Origin: a virus
Length of the DNA: 64,000 bases
IMG/VR virus record: IMGVR_UViG_3300021511_000005
Location: 45,479-109,478 of that record
Strand: one strand, 5' to 3'
Shown here: piece after piece, positions 53,209 through 61,509 of the stretch
Layout of the letters: each line of letters starts with the position of its first letter
How positions within the stretch are numbered: the stretch's first letter is position 1
The notes under the pieces: generated by a model
Seen by the model: the letters and a program-made list of their open reading frames with translations, nothing else
Databases searched by the model: none
Told to the model about the DNA's origin: nothing
Program-made: the position numbers and the translations under genes

Positions 53209-55259
53209 ATTGGGACACCTGGCTGGACAATTTGGTGGGACCGAAGTTGGTCTTGGACCTGGCGAAGGCGAAGCGGAAGGCCGCAGAGGGTCAGATGGGC
53301 CTGTTCGATCAACCGGCGAAGCCCGCCGCGAAGCCAAAGCCCAAGGCTCCAGCGGCCAGCGGCTGGCAGGCGATCCCCGGCGGCAAGAAGGGCGGCCAGC
53401 GGCGGAAGCAAGGCGGCAAGTGGGTCTATCGTTACCCGGACGGCAAGGGTGGCTACAGCTCGAGCCCGCCCAAGCCCAAGGCGAAGCCCAAGGCGAAGCC
53501 CGAGTCCGCGCACCGGGTCCCCACGTCGGGCGAGTTCGACGGGCGGACCAAGCCCTATCCGAGGCACTCAACGCTTGAGATCGGCCGGGGCTTCGATGCC
53601 CAGCACATCAGCGGACCCAAGGCGATGCCTGGGGATCACTGGACACACTCCCTGGCAGCCGATCCCAACGCGACGATGAAGATCTTGTCCCAGCGGTTTG
53701 ATCGGTACGGTCAGTGGAGTTACGTCGTGGAGTACGCCAGTGGCAATACCGGCGTGGTTCCCGAGCACAGCTTGAAGTCCATGAAGGCGAAGCCCCGAGG
53801 CGATAAGTCCGCGTCAGCTCCGAAGCCGAAGCCGTCCAAGGTCAAGCTCGAGCCGGCCAAGCCCGCCGGTCCGGAACGCCGGATCGCAGAGCGGTGGATG
53901 GCGATGAACCAGCGGGAGAAGATGGCCAATCTCCAGGAGCTGGGGCAGCAGAAGGGGATGAGCCTCATCTACGACGGGAAGAACTACATCGTTTCCCAGG
54001 GCAAGGACCACAAGGTCGCGGTGGGCTCCATCGCGGAGGCCAAGGACCTGATCCAGGCCGGCTCCGTCAAGGGGGCCAAGCCGGTCCCTGGGACCACAAG
54101 CTGGACCAAAGCGCCCGGCGGCGAGACCCTGGCCGTCACGGACAAGGCGGGCTTCGCGATTGCGAAGGACAACACCGTGACCAAGGTGGAGGGGAAGAAG
54201 AAGACCACCGTGGGCAAGTTCGAGTCTGAGCCGGAGGCGGTCCACGCGGTCAAGCAGGCCGCTGCGCCAAAGCCCAAGCCCAAGCCGAAATACAAGTTGG
54301 CGCCGGTCGAGCACTACGACGGCTATGGACCCAACGCATGGCGCGGCGCCAAGTCGGGAAAGCTGGGAGCCAAGGAGACCACGGCCGCGGTTCGCAAGGA
54401 GATCAAGCAGGCCCAGGCCGCGGGATGGCTCCCGGAGGGTGTGAAGGTCAGCGTGTCCCACGAGGGCTACGCCGGCGGCTGGTCCATGAATCTGAAGATC
54501 AAGGAGCTACCTCCGGGGATGATGCTCTACGAGGCCGCGGATTATGACGAGTTCGAGCATCGGTATGAGACGCCGTCCGAAGGGGGCAAGGTCCCGGTCA
54601 TGCGTCCGGAGATCGCGGACATGATCAAGAAGATGGAGCAGATTGCGGATCAGTATAACTACGATGACTCCGATTCCATGACCGACTACTTCAATCGCGG
54701 ATTCTACGTCCACAGCGGCGTGGGTCATGAGTTGGACAGTCTCCATCGGACGATGGCGTTGGATCCGGCCAAGGGTGTTGTCTTGGGCTCCGCGGCCCAG
54801 GCTCTCAAGACTCGCGACTTGGGGGACATTCAGGACGCTTTGGTGGGCTATCACGGCTCCGGCATGGACAAGGACGAGCGCGGACCTTGGGGGCTGGGTC
54901 AAGACCTGCGGAAGGTTCTGGCGGACAACTTGGGCGAGCTGGCTGGGCAGCACGGAGGGAAGCTCCAATCCGAGAAGACCCAGGCGCAGTATCGCTCCAA
55001 GGGCTTTCCGCCGAGCAGGATCCGCCAGATCTACGGCTTTGAGACGGAGGCCGGCGCCGAGAAGTTCTACGAGCTGGTGGCGGGCTTAACGGGCGCGGAC
55101 TGGGAGAACCCGGCCCCAAGAGATATGCGGGTGGTGCGGATGGGGCACCAGGTGGACCTGGTCAACATCCCGCTGGATGTCCCCAGCAAGCGGAAGGGCC
55201 ACAAGGCCAAGAAGAAGGTGAAGAAGTCCATGGAGCCGAGGCTTGTCCTCCACGTCTAA
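53205..55259 (+). CDS. 684-aa polyvalent protein with LPD29-like domain
   Basis: ATGA-coupled start (MNWDTW); ETTAAVRKEIK...VKVSVS...YAGGWSM...YNYDDSDSMTDYFNRGFY. Confidence 0.75.
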   Translation: MNWDTWLDNLVGPKLVLDLAKAKRKAAEGQMGLFDQPAKPAAKPKPKAPAASGWQAIPGGKKGGQRRKQGGKWVYRYPDGKGGYSSSPPKPKAKPKAKPESAHRVPTSGEFDGRTKPYPRHSTLEIGRGFDAQHISGPKAMPGDHWTHSLAADPNATMKILSQRFDRYGQWSYVVEYASGNTGVVPEHSLKSMKAKPRGDKSASAPKPKPSKVKLEPAKPAGPERRIAERWMAMNQREKMANLQELGQQKGMSLIYDGKNYIVSQGKDHKVAVGSIAEAKDLIQAGSVKGAKPVPGTTSWTKAPGGETLAVTDKAGFAIAKDNTVTKVEGKKKTTVGKFESEPEAVHAVKQAAAPKPKPKPKYKLAPVEHYDGYGPNAWRGAKSGKLGAKETTAAVRKEIKQAQAAGWLPEGVKVSVSHEGYAGGWSMNLKIKELPPGMMLYEAADYDEFEHRYETPSEGGKVPVMRPEIADMIKKMEQIADQYNYDDSDSMTDYFNRGFYVHSGVGHELDSLHRTMALDPAKGVVLGSAAQALKTRDLGDIQDALVGYHGSGMDKDERGPWGLGQDLRKVLADNLGELAGQHGGKLQSEKTQAQYRSKGFPPSRIRQIYGFETEAGAEKFYELVAGLTGADWENPAPRDMRVVRMGHQVDLVNIPLDVPSKRKGHKAKKKVKKSMEPRLVLHV

Positions 55260-55506
55260 GCTCCCCCGTTGTAGCTGCAACCAGCGGCTGTTCTACAAGT
55301 CCGCGGACGGCGCCGTCCGCTTGCGGTCCGCGGTCCTGGTCTTCAAGTCGGGGCGGGCCCTGGCTATCTGCCCACGATGTAAGGGGGAAGTCCCCGTGGA
55401 CCTGGCCTTGGGGGAGGGCCTGCGGAAGGCCCTGGACCAACCTCCGCGGAAGTTGGTCCTCCGCGACTTGCGGAAATGTCTTGACGATCCGGAATCCGCC
55501 CAGTAG
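55243..55506 (+). CDS. zinc-ribbon protein (Mu Com-like)
   Basis: RCSCNQRLF...ICPRCK. Confidence 0.55.
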   Translation: MSSTSKLPRCSCNQRLFYKSADGAVRLRSAVLVFKSGRALAICPRCKGEVPVDLALGEGLRKALDQPPRKLVLRDLRKCLDDPESAQ

Positions 55507-55509
55507 TTT
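55481..55509 (+). promoter_or_regulatory. sigma70-like promoter TTGACG-N17-TAGTTT for the protease-scaffold-capsid operon
   Basis: Good -35/-10 spacing just before an intergenic gap. Confidence 0.55.
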
Positions 55510-55531
55510 CTGACTCACGTCCCGCGTGGCC

Positions 55532-55546
55532 TGCGGAAGTTCCGCA
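55532..55546. promoter_or_regulatory. perfect 15-bp dyad TGCGGAA-G-TTCCGCA (operator candidate)
   Basis: Lies between promoter and protease start. Confidence 0.45.
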
Positions 55547-55569
55547 CTTGGGCATGGGAAGAGAACCCC

Positions 55570-56376
55570 ATGGCCAACCATCCTTCAGAGATACCGTTTC
55601 ACTTCGAGCTGCCCATAGAGGTATGGGAGAAGGCTGGCGATCCCGGCAAGGAGCGGCGGATCGGCGGCGTTATCTCTTCTCAGGACAAGGACCGCCAGGG
55701 CGAGGTTGTCCTTCAGCGCGGTCTGGACTTCTCCGAATTCATCGATCACGGGTGGTTCAACGATAACCACAGCAAGGATACGACGGGGATCGTCGGTTAC
55801 CCGGAGAAGGTGGAGAAGCGGACCATCAACGGGCGCCCCGAGCACTACGTGGAAGGCTATCTGCTGCGGGGTTTCGATAAGGCGGACGAGATCTGGAAGT
55901 TGGCTCAGTCGCTTCAGAAGACCAACCGCCGGCTGGGCTTCAGCATCGAGGGCTCCGTGATGAGGCGGGAAGGGCTCGACGGAAAGACGATTGCCCAGGC
56001 CAAGGTCCGCAACGTGGCGATCACGAATTGTCCGGTCAACACGTCCACGGGTCTCGAGATTCTGGCCAAGAGTATGATGGCCATGGAGTCCGAGGGTGAT
56101 CAGTCCGCGGCGGCCCACAGATGCTGGGGGGAGGGCGACTGTTGTGGAAGCTGCGAGACCGCGGACGCCGAGAAAGCGATGTCCGCTGGTCAGGCGGTGA
56201 GCGACCCGGGCGCATCTCCGGGCGAAGGCTTCGCGTTGCGGACCGAATCCATGGAAAAGAAGCCTAAGCGACTGACCAAGGCGGAGGCGATCAAGTTCCT
56301 TCAATCCCGTTATCGCGATCTGTCCAAGGCGGACGCGGAACGAATCTATCGCCACGCGGTCAAGATGGCCGCGTAA
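55570..56376 (+). CDS. prohead (capsid maturation) protease, HK97/U35-like
   Basis: DRQGEVVLQRGLD, NDNH, IVGYP, YVEGYL, LGFSIEG, VAITNCPVN. Confidence 0.9.
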   Translation: MANHPSEIPFHFELPIEVWEKAGDPGKERRIGGVISSQDKDRQGEVVLQRGLDFSEFIDHGWFNDNHSKDTTGIVGYPEKVEKRTINGRPEHYVEGYLLRGFDKADEIWKLAQSLQKTNRRLGFSIEGSVMRREGLDGKTIAQAKVRNVAITNCPVNTSTGLEILAKSMMAMESEGDQSAAAHRCWGEGDCCGSCETADAEKAMSAGQAVSDPGASPGEGFALRTESMEKKPKRLTKAEAIKFLQSRYRDLSKADAERIYRHAVKMAA

Positions 56377-56386
56377 GGAGGATCCA

Positions 56387-57796
56387 ATGGCGGACGAGAG
56401 CAGGCAGTTGACCCTTGACGACCAGGCGGCAGAGCTGGCGGCGACGATGAACTTCGACGGCGCGGGTGCCCCGCTGGAGAAAGGGGGAGCCGCCGGCGAT
56501 CTGCCCGAGGGGCAGACCAGCGCGGAAGGCGGTTTCACCCAGGACGCCGGGGGCCAGGTTATCACGGCGGGCGTGGAAGGCGCGGTCAACAAGGGGGGCC
56601 AGACGGGCTCCCAGATGACGAGCGAGCCGGGCGCGCAGAACCAGAACCCCAAGACCGGCCGCGCCATGAGTGGCGAGCCCGGCGCGGACGCGGGCGGCGG
56701 AGCCGGCACCGGTGGCAACCTGTCTCAGGATGGGGATGCCAGCACCCGGGCGCGGAAGCCCGGCCAGGTGGGCGTCAGCGGCGGTTCCACTGGCGGCGGA
56801 AACTTGTCGGAGTCGGAGGACGACAAGATCCGTGGACGCAAGGCTGGGAAAGTCGGCATCTCCAAGGCGGAGGCCATCGAGATGGGTCTGTCCAAGGCCC
56901 AGTACGACGCCATGATGGCCAAGGGCCTGATCAAGGCGGAGGTCGAGGAGGATGACGAGGTCGAGGACGAGGAGAAGGGCTGCAAGAAGTCCGTCTCCGC
57001 CGGCGACTTGATGAAGTCGCTGGACACGCTCGAGGCCGTGGCCTCCGGTGCGGGGATCCCCACTACGGAGGATCGTCGGGTGGAGCTGGCCAAGGGCTTG
57101 GAGGCCGGTCAGCTGACTCAGGACGAGATGGTGGAGCTGGCGGACCTGATGAAGGCTGCGACCAGCTCCGACGAGGACGAGGACGCCCTGGTCAAGGGCG
57201 GCGATGTGGACGAGCTGGACGGCGTGGTCGATGAGGTCCAGGACCTGGACGATATGGACAAGAGTTTCCAGGAGCAGTTCGCAGACGCAGAAGCGGACCA
57301 CGACACCTACGACATCAGCCCCTACCTGGAGAGACTTCACCAGTCCACGGCGGCGGCGCTGGACCAGATCCAGGGCAACCTTCAGAAGGCGATGGACGTC
57401 CAGGGCAGCAACCAGCGCAACTTCAACGTCAACCTGGCCAAGAGCTTGAAGGGTATGGCTCAGTTGGCCCAGGACCAGGGGGAGCTGATCAAGAGCCTGA
57501 CGGACCGGCTGGAGCATGTCGAGAACCAGCCTCTCCCCCGCATTGGGGCGACCAGCGTCCAGCAGCTCCAGAAGTCCATTCCCAACGAGGCGACCGGAGC
57601 CGGTGGCAACGGTCTGAACCGGACCCAGATCTTGGACGCCATGACGGACATGGCGTGTCGCCAGGAGATGGCCCCCTGCGGGGAGAAGTTGGACCGCGCG
57701 GTGGCGATGTTCGAGTCCAGCGGCCAGCTCAGCAAGTCGCTGTACCGGGACGTCCAGAACTTCATCAAGAGCAACGGAATGGTCCAAGTCCACTAG
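56387..57796 (+). CDS. capsid scaffolding protein
   Basis: Between protease and MCP; acidic and Gly-rich; more than 15 hydrophobic-x-K-[A/S/G] sites. Confidence 0.75.
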   Translation: MADESRQLTLDDQAAELAATMNFDGAGAPLEKGGAAGDLPEGQTSAEGGFTQDAGGQVITAGVEGAVNKGGQTGSQMTSEPGAQNQNPKTGRAMSGEPGADAGGGAGTGGNLSQDGDASTRARKPGQVGVSGGSTGGGNLSESEDDKIRGRKAGKVGISKAEAIEMGLSKAQYDAMMAKGLIKAEVEEDDEVEDEEKGCKKSVSAGDLMKSLDTLEAVASGAGIPTTEDRRVELAKGLEAGQLTQDEMVELADLMKAATSSDEDEDALVKGGDVDELDGVVDEVQDLDDMDKSFQEQFADAEADHDTYDISPYLERLHQSTAAALDQIQGNLQKAMDVQGSNQRNFNVNLAKSLKGMAQLAQDQGELIKSLTDRLEHVENQPLPRIGATSVQQLQKSIPNEATGAGGNGLNRTQILDAMTDMACRQEMAPCGEKLDRAVAMFESSGQLSKSLYRDVQNFIKSNGMVQVH

Positions 57797-57837
57797 GGCT
57801 GGCCTCCACATAACGAACCTGAACGAAGGAGAGGATC

Positions 57838-59271
57838 ATGGGAGACAACGCATTTGTGAGCTGGCGAGACTACGAAGGTCTCGACGGCTTCGGCGCGGCC
57901 AGCCAAGCGGACGTCCAGGACCTGCGGAAGGCGCTTGCCGCGGGCCAGGATGTCAACAACCCGGGCACGGCCGCCGGTGAGGGCTTCCCGCTCCGCATCG
58001 AGTCGCTCGAGCGGACGCTGAAGGTCGTCACGTATCGCATGGACGATGTCCGCCTGTGGCGGAACATCACCAAGCTTCCGGCCTACAACACGGTCGAGGA
58101 GTACAACCGGCTGAGGAGCTACGGCTCCGGGGACGGAAACGCTTTCATCGCGGAGGGCAACCTCCCCGAGACGGACGATTCGACCTACAGCCGTGAGTTC
58201 ACCATCATCAAGTACCTGGGCACCACCCGGAGCGTGACGCACGTCATGTCCCTGGTGCGACCGGCCCATGGTCCGGTGGTGGCCCAGGAAACCATCAACG
58301 GGACTGCCTGGCTGCTCAAGCAGATCGAGCGGGCCCTGTTCTTCGGGGACTCGTCCCTGGTGCCGGTCCAGTGGGACGGGCTCGACGTGTTGATCACGGC
58401 GGGCGCGCCGGCGGCCAACATCATCGACCTGCGGGGTCAGCCGTTGTCGGAGGATGTCCTCAACGATGGCGGTTTGACGGTCAAGACCGCCCCCAACTAC
58501 GGGCGGGCGACCGACCTGTACCTGGCCGATGGCGCCTACAGCGACCTGGCCAAGTCCTTCTACCCGGCGGAGCGCTACAACATCCCGCCCGGCGGCTGGA
58601 CTGATGGAATGGTGGGGATGCAGATCAAGGGCTTCCACAGCATGGTCGGCCCCATCATGTTCAACCCGGACGTCTTCGTCGAGTTCGGCGCGGCCCCGGC
58701 CGCGGCAGCGGTTGGCGCGGCGGCCACCAGGCCGGGTACCCCGACCGAGGACGTGGCCCCTGCGGCCGCCGGCACGGGTTCCCAGTTCACCGCGGCGGAC
58801 GCCGGCGACTACAACTACAAGGTGGTCGCCATCAACCGGTACGGCAAGAGTGCAGCGCTGGCTCTGACCGGTCCGGTGACGGTCGCCACGGGTGAGCAGG
58901 TCACCTTCTCGATCGGTGACGGTTCCCCAATCGCCACGGCCTACGAGGTCTACCGCAGCCCGAAGGACGGCGCGGTGGGCACCGAGAAGCTGGCCTTCAC
59001 CACGGCATGGACGGCGGATCCGACGGTCATCACCGACACCAACGCCTACTTGCCGGGGACGAGCACGGCATTCCTCGTTCAGCAGAACGTGGAGTTCTTC
59101 TCGTTCAAGCAGCTGGCCCCGTTCGTGAAGATCCCGCTCGCCACGATCGACACCAGCATCCGTTGGATGCAGTTGATTTACGGCGCGCCGACGGTCTACG
59201 CGCCGGGCAAGTCCGTGATTTACCGGAACGTTGGCCGTGCGGTCGGTTCCGTGGGTGGCGGCGGCGCCTAG
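57838..59271 (+). CDS. major capsid protein (Herelleviridae-like)
   Basis: DLRK|ALAAG, LRIESLE, PAYNTVEEY, AFIAEG, IKYLGTTRSV, IERALFFGDSSL, QWDGL, IIDLRG, YNYKVVAINRYGKSA, QLAPFVKIPLA. Confidence 0.9.
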   Translation: MGDNAFVSWRDYEGLDGFGAASQADVQDLRKALAAGQDVNNPGTAAGEGFPLRIESLERTLKVVTYRMDDVRLWRNITKLPAYNTVEEYNRLRSYGSGDGNAFIAEGNLPETDDSTYSREFTIIKYLGTTRSVTHVMSLVRPAHGPVVAQETINGTAWLLKQIERALFFGDSSLVPVQWDGLDVLITAGAPAANIIDLRGQPLSEDVLNDGGLTVKTAPNYGRATDLYLADGAYSDLAKSFYPAERYNIPPGGWTDGMVGMQIKGFHSMVGPIMFNPDVFVEFGAAPAAAAVGAAATRPGTPTEDVAPAAAGTGSQFTAADAGDYNYKVVAINRYGKSAALALTGPVTVATGEQVTFSIGDGSPIATAYEVYRSPKDGAVGTEKLAFTTAWTADPTVITDTNAYLPGTSTAFLVQQNVEFFSFKQLAPFVKIPLATIDTSIRWMQLIYGAPTVYAPGKSVIYRNVGRAVGSVGGGGA

Positions 59272-59289
59272 TAGCTAGGTAGGACCTGA

Positions 59290-59321
59290 CCCTGGGGGCT
59301 GGACGGCTCCGGCCCCCAGGG
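59290..59321 (+). terminator. 14-bp GC stem-loop after MCP (attenuator or mRNA 3' stabiliser; no U tract)
   Basis: CCCTGGGGGCTGGA-CGGC-TCCGGCCCCCAGGG. Confidence 0.6.
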
Positions 59322-59352
59322 GATATCCTCCAGCTACACAAGGAGGCGTCAC

Positions 59353-59898
59353 ATGAAGGTACAACTGCAACACAAGCGCCGCCGCGAAGGCGGTGTCTCG
59401 GTAGGTACGACTCGCTACACTCTGGATGAGCGGGGTGTGGTGGAGGTGAGCGAGGAGCACGCGGGGAAGATGCTCCAGGGGTCAGCCTGGCGGCCACTGG
59501 GGCCGGATGGGCAGCTCCCCTGGGATGAGCCTCCCCCAGCTCCGCCCATGATCCAGGGAGCCGCAGGCCGGCGTCCCAGGACGCGGGAGGAGCTGCTGGA
59601 CGTGGCGGACATCGCGGGGGTTCCGCCACCCGGCGACGAGCCCAAGGTTTTCGATCGGTCCGGGCGGACCATCAAGCCGCCCGAGCCGAAGGGCGAGGAC
59701 GAGGACGAGACCACCCCCGATCTGCCCCCAGCTCCGGCGGAGGCGTCCGAGCCCGAGGGGGCGGAAGAGGAGACCATCGAGGTCTCCATGGACATGACCA
59801 AGGCTCAGCTTCTGGAGGTCTGCGAACAGGTGGGGATCGAAGTCCCCAAGGGAGCGACCAAGGCGAAGCTGCTGGAGCTGATCACGCAAGGAGACTGA
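59353..59898 (+). CDS. virion-region protein with C-terminal HeH/Rho-N-like domain
   Basis: MTKAQLLEVCEQVGIEVPKGATKAKLLELI. Confidence 0.7.
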   Translation: MKVQLQHKRRREGGVSVGTTRYTLDERGVVEVSEEHAGKMLQGSAWRPLGPDGQLPWDEPPPAPPMIQGAAGRRPRTREELLDVADIAGVPPPGDEPKVFDRSGRTIKPPEPKGEDEDETTPDLPPAPAEASEPEGAEEETIEVSMDMTKAQLLEVCEQVGIEVPKGATKAKLLELITQGD

Positions 59899-59899
59899 C

Positions 59900-60208
59900 A
59901 TGGCACCGAGAAACACGACCAAAGAGGACGAAGTCCTCCACGGCGTCAAGGCCCAGGCGAACGAGCGGTTCATGTCGTTCAAGCACGTCCACGCGGGCGC
60001 GGCGGACGCTGTGTTGTTCGCGTCCTACGGACTCCCCGACATGAAGGATACGGACTATCGGATCTTCCTACAGGGCGAGTCCACAGAGAGCCAGGGAGAC
60101 GCCATTTCCATCGACGAGTCTTCGATCGCCACCACGGGCTTCAGCTTCGTGGGAGGGACGGCCGCGGAGATCAGCCACATCCTGATCCACGGCAACGTGC
60201 AGGAGTAG
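59900..60208 (+). CDS. hypothetical structural protein
   Basis: AAGGAG RBS. Confidence 0.6.
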   Translation: MAPRNTTKEDEVLHGVKAQANERFMSFKHVHAGAADAVLFASYGLPDMKDTDYRIFLQGESTESQGDAISIDESSIATTGFSFVGGTAAEISHILIHGNVQE

Positions 60209-60211
60209 CCG

Positions 60212-60511
60212 ATGCCCCCAGTGGTCCAGCTGAAGGGCGGGGTCCCGAAGCACATCAACGGGACCACGGTTAATCCGGCGGCTCCGGAGGAATGGCCCTG
60301 GTCAGGCGGTCGGTCCAATTACCTGTGGTTTGAGAACACGGGGTCCGGGGCCATCGTGCTGTCCTTCAACGAGGCAGACGCCACGGCGGACATCGGTGTG
60401 TCGGTCGCAGCCGGTGCCCAGGTTCTGCTTCCGGTGGAGGCGGTATCCTTCTGGACCAAGTCGGCAGCGGCTCAAACGTTCCAAGCGGTAGCGTTTCTGC
60501 ATCGCGGCTGA
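60212..60511 (+). CDS. hypothetical structural protein (beta-sandwich-like)
   Basis: AGGAG RBS. Confidence 0.6.
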   Translation: MPPVVQLKGGVPKHINGTTVNPAAPEEWPWSGGRSNYLWFENTGSGAIVLSFNEADATADIGVSVAAGAQVLLPVEAVSFWTKSAAAQTFQAVAFLHRG

Positions 60512-60532
60512 TGGAGGCTCGACGGAGGAAGC

Positions 60533-61042
60533 GTGGCAGGCAGCGAGGGCACGGACGGTCTGATCCACCCGCCTGACGGTGGGGCCCATGACCATCATGC
60601 TGCGCCGGACCACGTCACGATCAGCGACATAGCTACGGTTATCTCCGCGGGTTCAACAGCCAATGTAGACACAACGCTCCCTCGTTCGGATTATCAGATT
60701 GCGCGGGTCCTGGTCCACGGGCCCAAGGCGGCCGTGGGGACCCTTCCGGGTAATGCGGGCTATGAGGGGGCCTTCGTCCTGGCAGCGCTGGTGTCCTCCG
60801 ACGCCATGGGGCATTCGGCGCGGGACGCGGGGGCCTTCCGCCAGTACAGCGGCGTCTGGAGCAAACAGGCTTCGGCGGCGATCCTGTCGGAGTACGTGTT
60901 CGACTCGTCGACATCTCTCTACAACCGTTACATCGCGATCCAGGACGCCTACATCACCGGCTCGACGCTACGGCTGGTGATGGTCAATGGACACAGCTCG
61001 TCTGCGACAGTCTGGATCAAGGGAGGAGCGATTCTGCTGTGA
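60533..61042 (+). CDS. paralog 1 of His-motif beta-rich protein triplet
   Basis: N-terminal HDHH; C-terminal DAYITGSTLRLVMVNG...TVWIKG. Confidence 0.65.
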   Translation: MAGSEGTDGLIHPPDGGAHDHHAAPDHVTISDIATVISAGSTANVDTTLPRSDYQIARVLVHGPKAAVGTLPGNAGYEGAFVLAALVSSDAMGHSARDAGAFRQYSGVWSKQASAAILSEYVFDSSTSLYNRYIAIQDAYITGSTLRLVMVNGHSSSATVWIKGGAILL

Positions 61043-61509
61043 GGCTTCGCGCGCCAGAAGGAATCACCGATCACGACCTGCTGGTGGTTACGCCGGAGGA
61101 CCACCATCCGGGCGCGGAGATTGAGCGTGTGATCCAGAATGGCCTATCGATAGCTCCGGGAGCCTACGAGCATCGAGTTCAGTGGACTCACGATGGTCAC
61201 GAGGTTACGGAGGCGATGTTGGCCGGGGTGTCGACGATTATCTCCGGCGGCCGTATTGGGGCCTGGGGGATGGGATCCCAAACGTCGGGTGAGGGGGACT
61301 CCCGCTTCATCAGCGGGGCGGGCGTCTACACGTACATCGCCAGCTTCAGCCGACTCCACGGGGATACCTACCTGTCCACCGCGATCTTCGGGACGTCGAT
61401 CTACTGGAGAGATATCTATCTCGATGGGGACGAGACTGTGTTGGAGTTCTTCAACACCGGCGCTAGCAACCAGATCTTGCGGTTCTGGGGGACGGTGGCG
61501 GCGAAGTGA
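61039..61509 (+). CDS. paralog 2 of triplet
   Basis: DHDLLVVTPEDHH; DIYLDGDETVLEFFNTG...LRFWG. Confidence 0.65.
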   Translation: MRLRAPEGITDHDLLVVTPEDHHPGAEIERVIQNGLSIAPGAYEHRVQWTHDGHEVTEAMLAGVSTIISGGRIGAWGMGSQTSGEGDSRFISGAGVYTYIASFSRLHGDTYLSTAIFGTSIYWRDIYLDGDETVLEFFNTGASNQILRFWGTVAAK

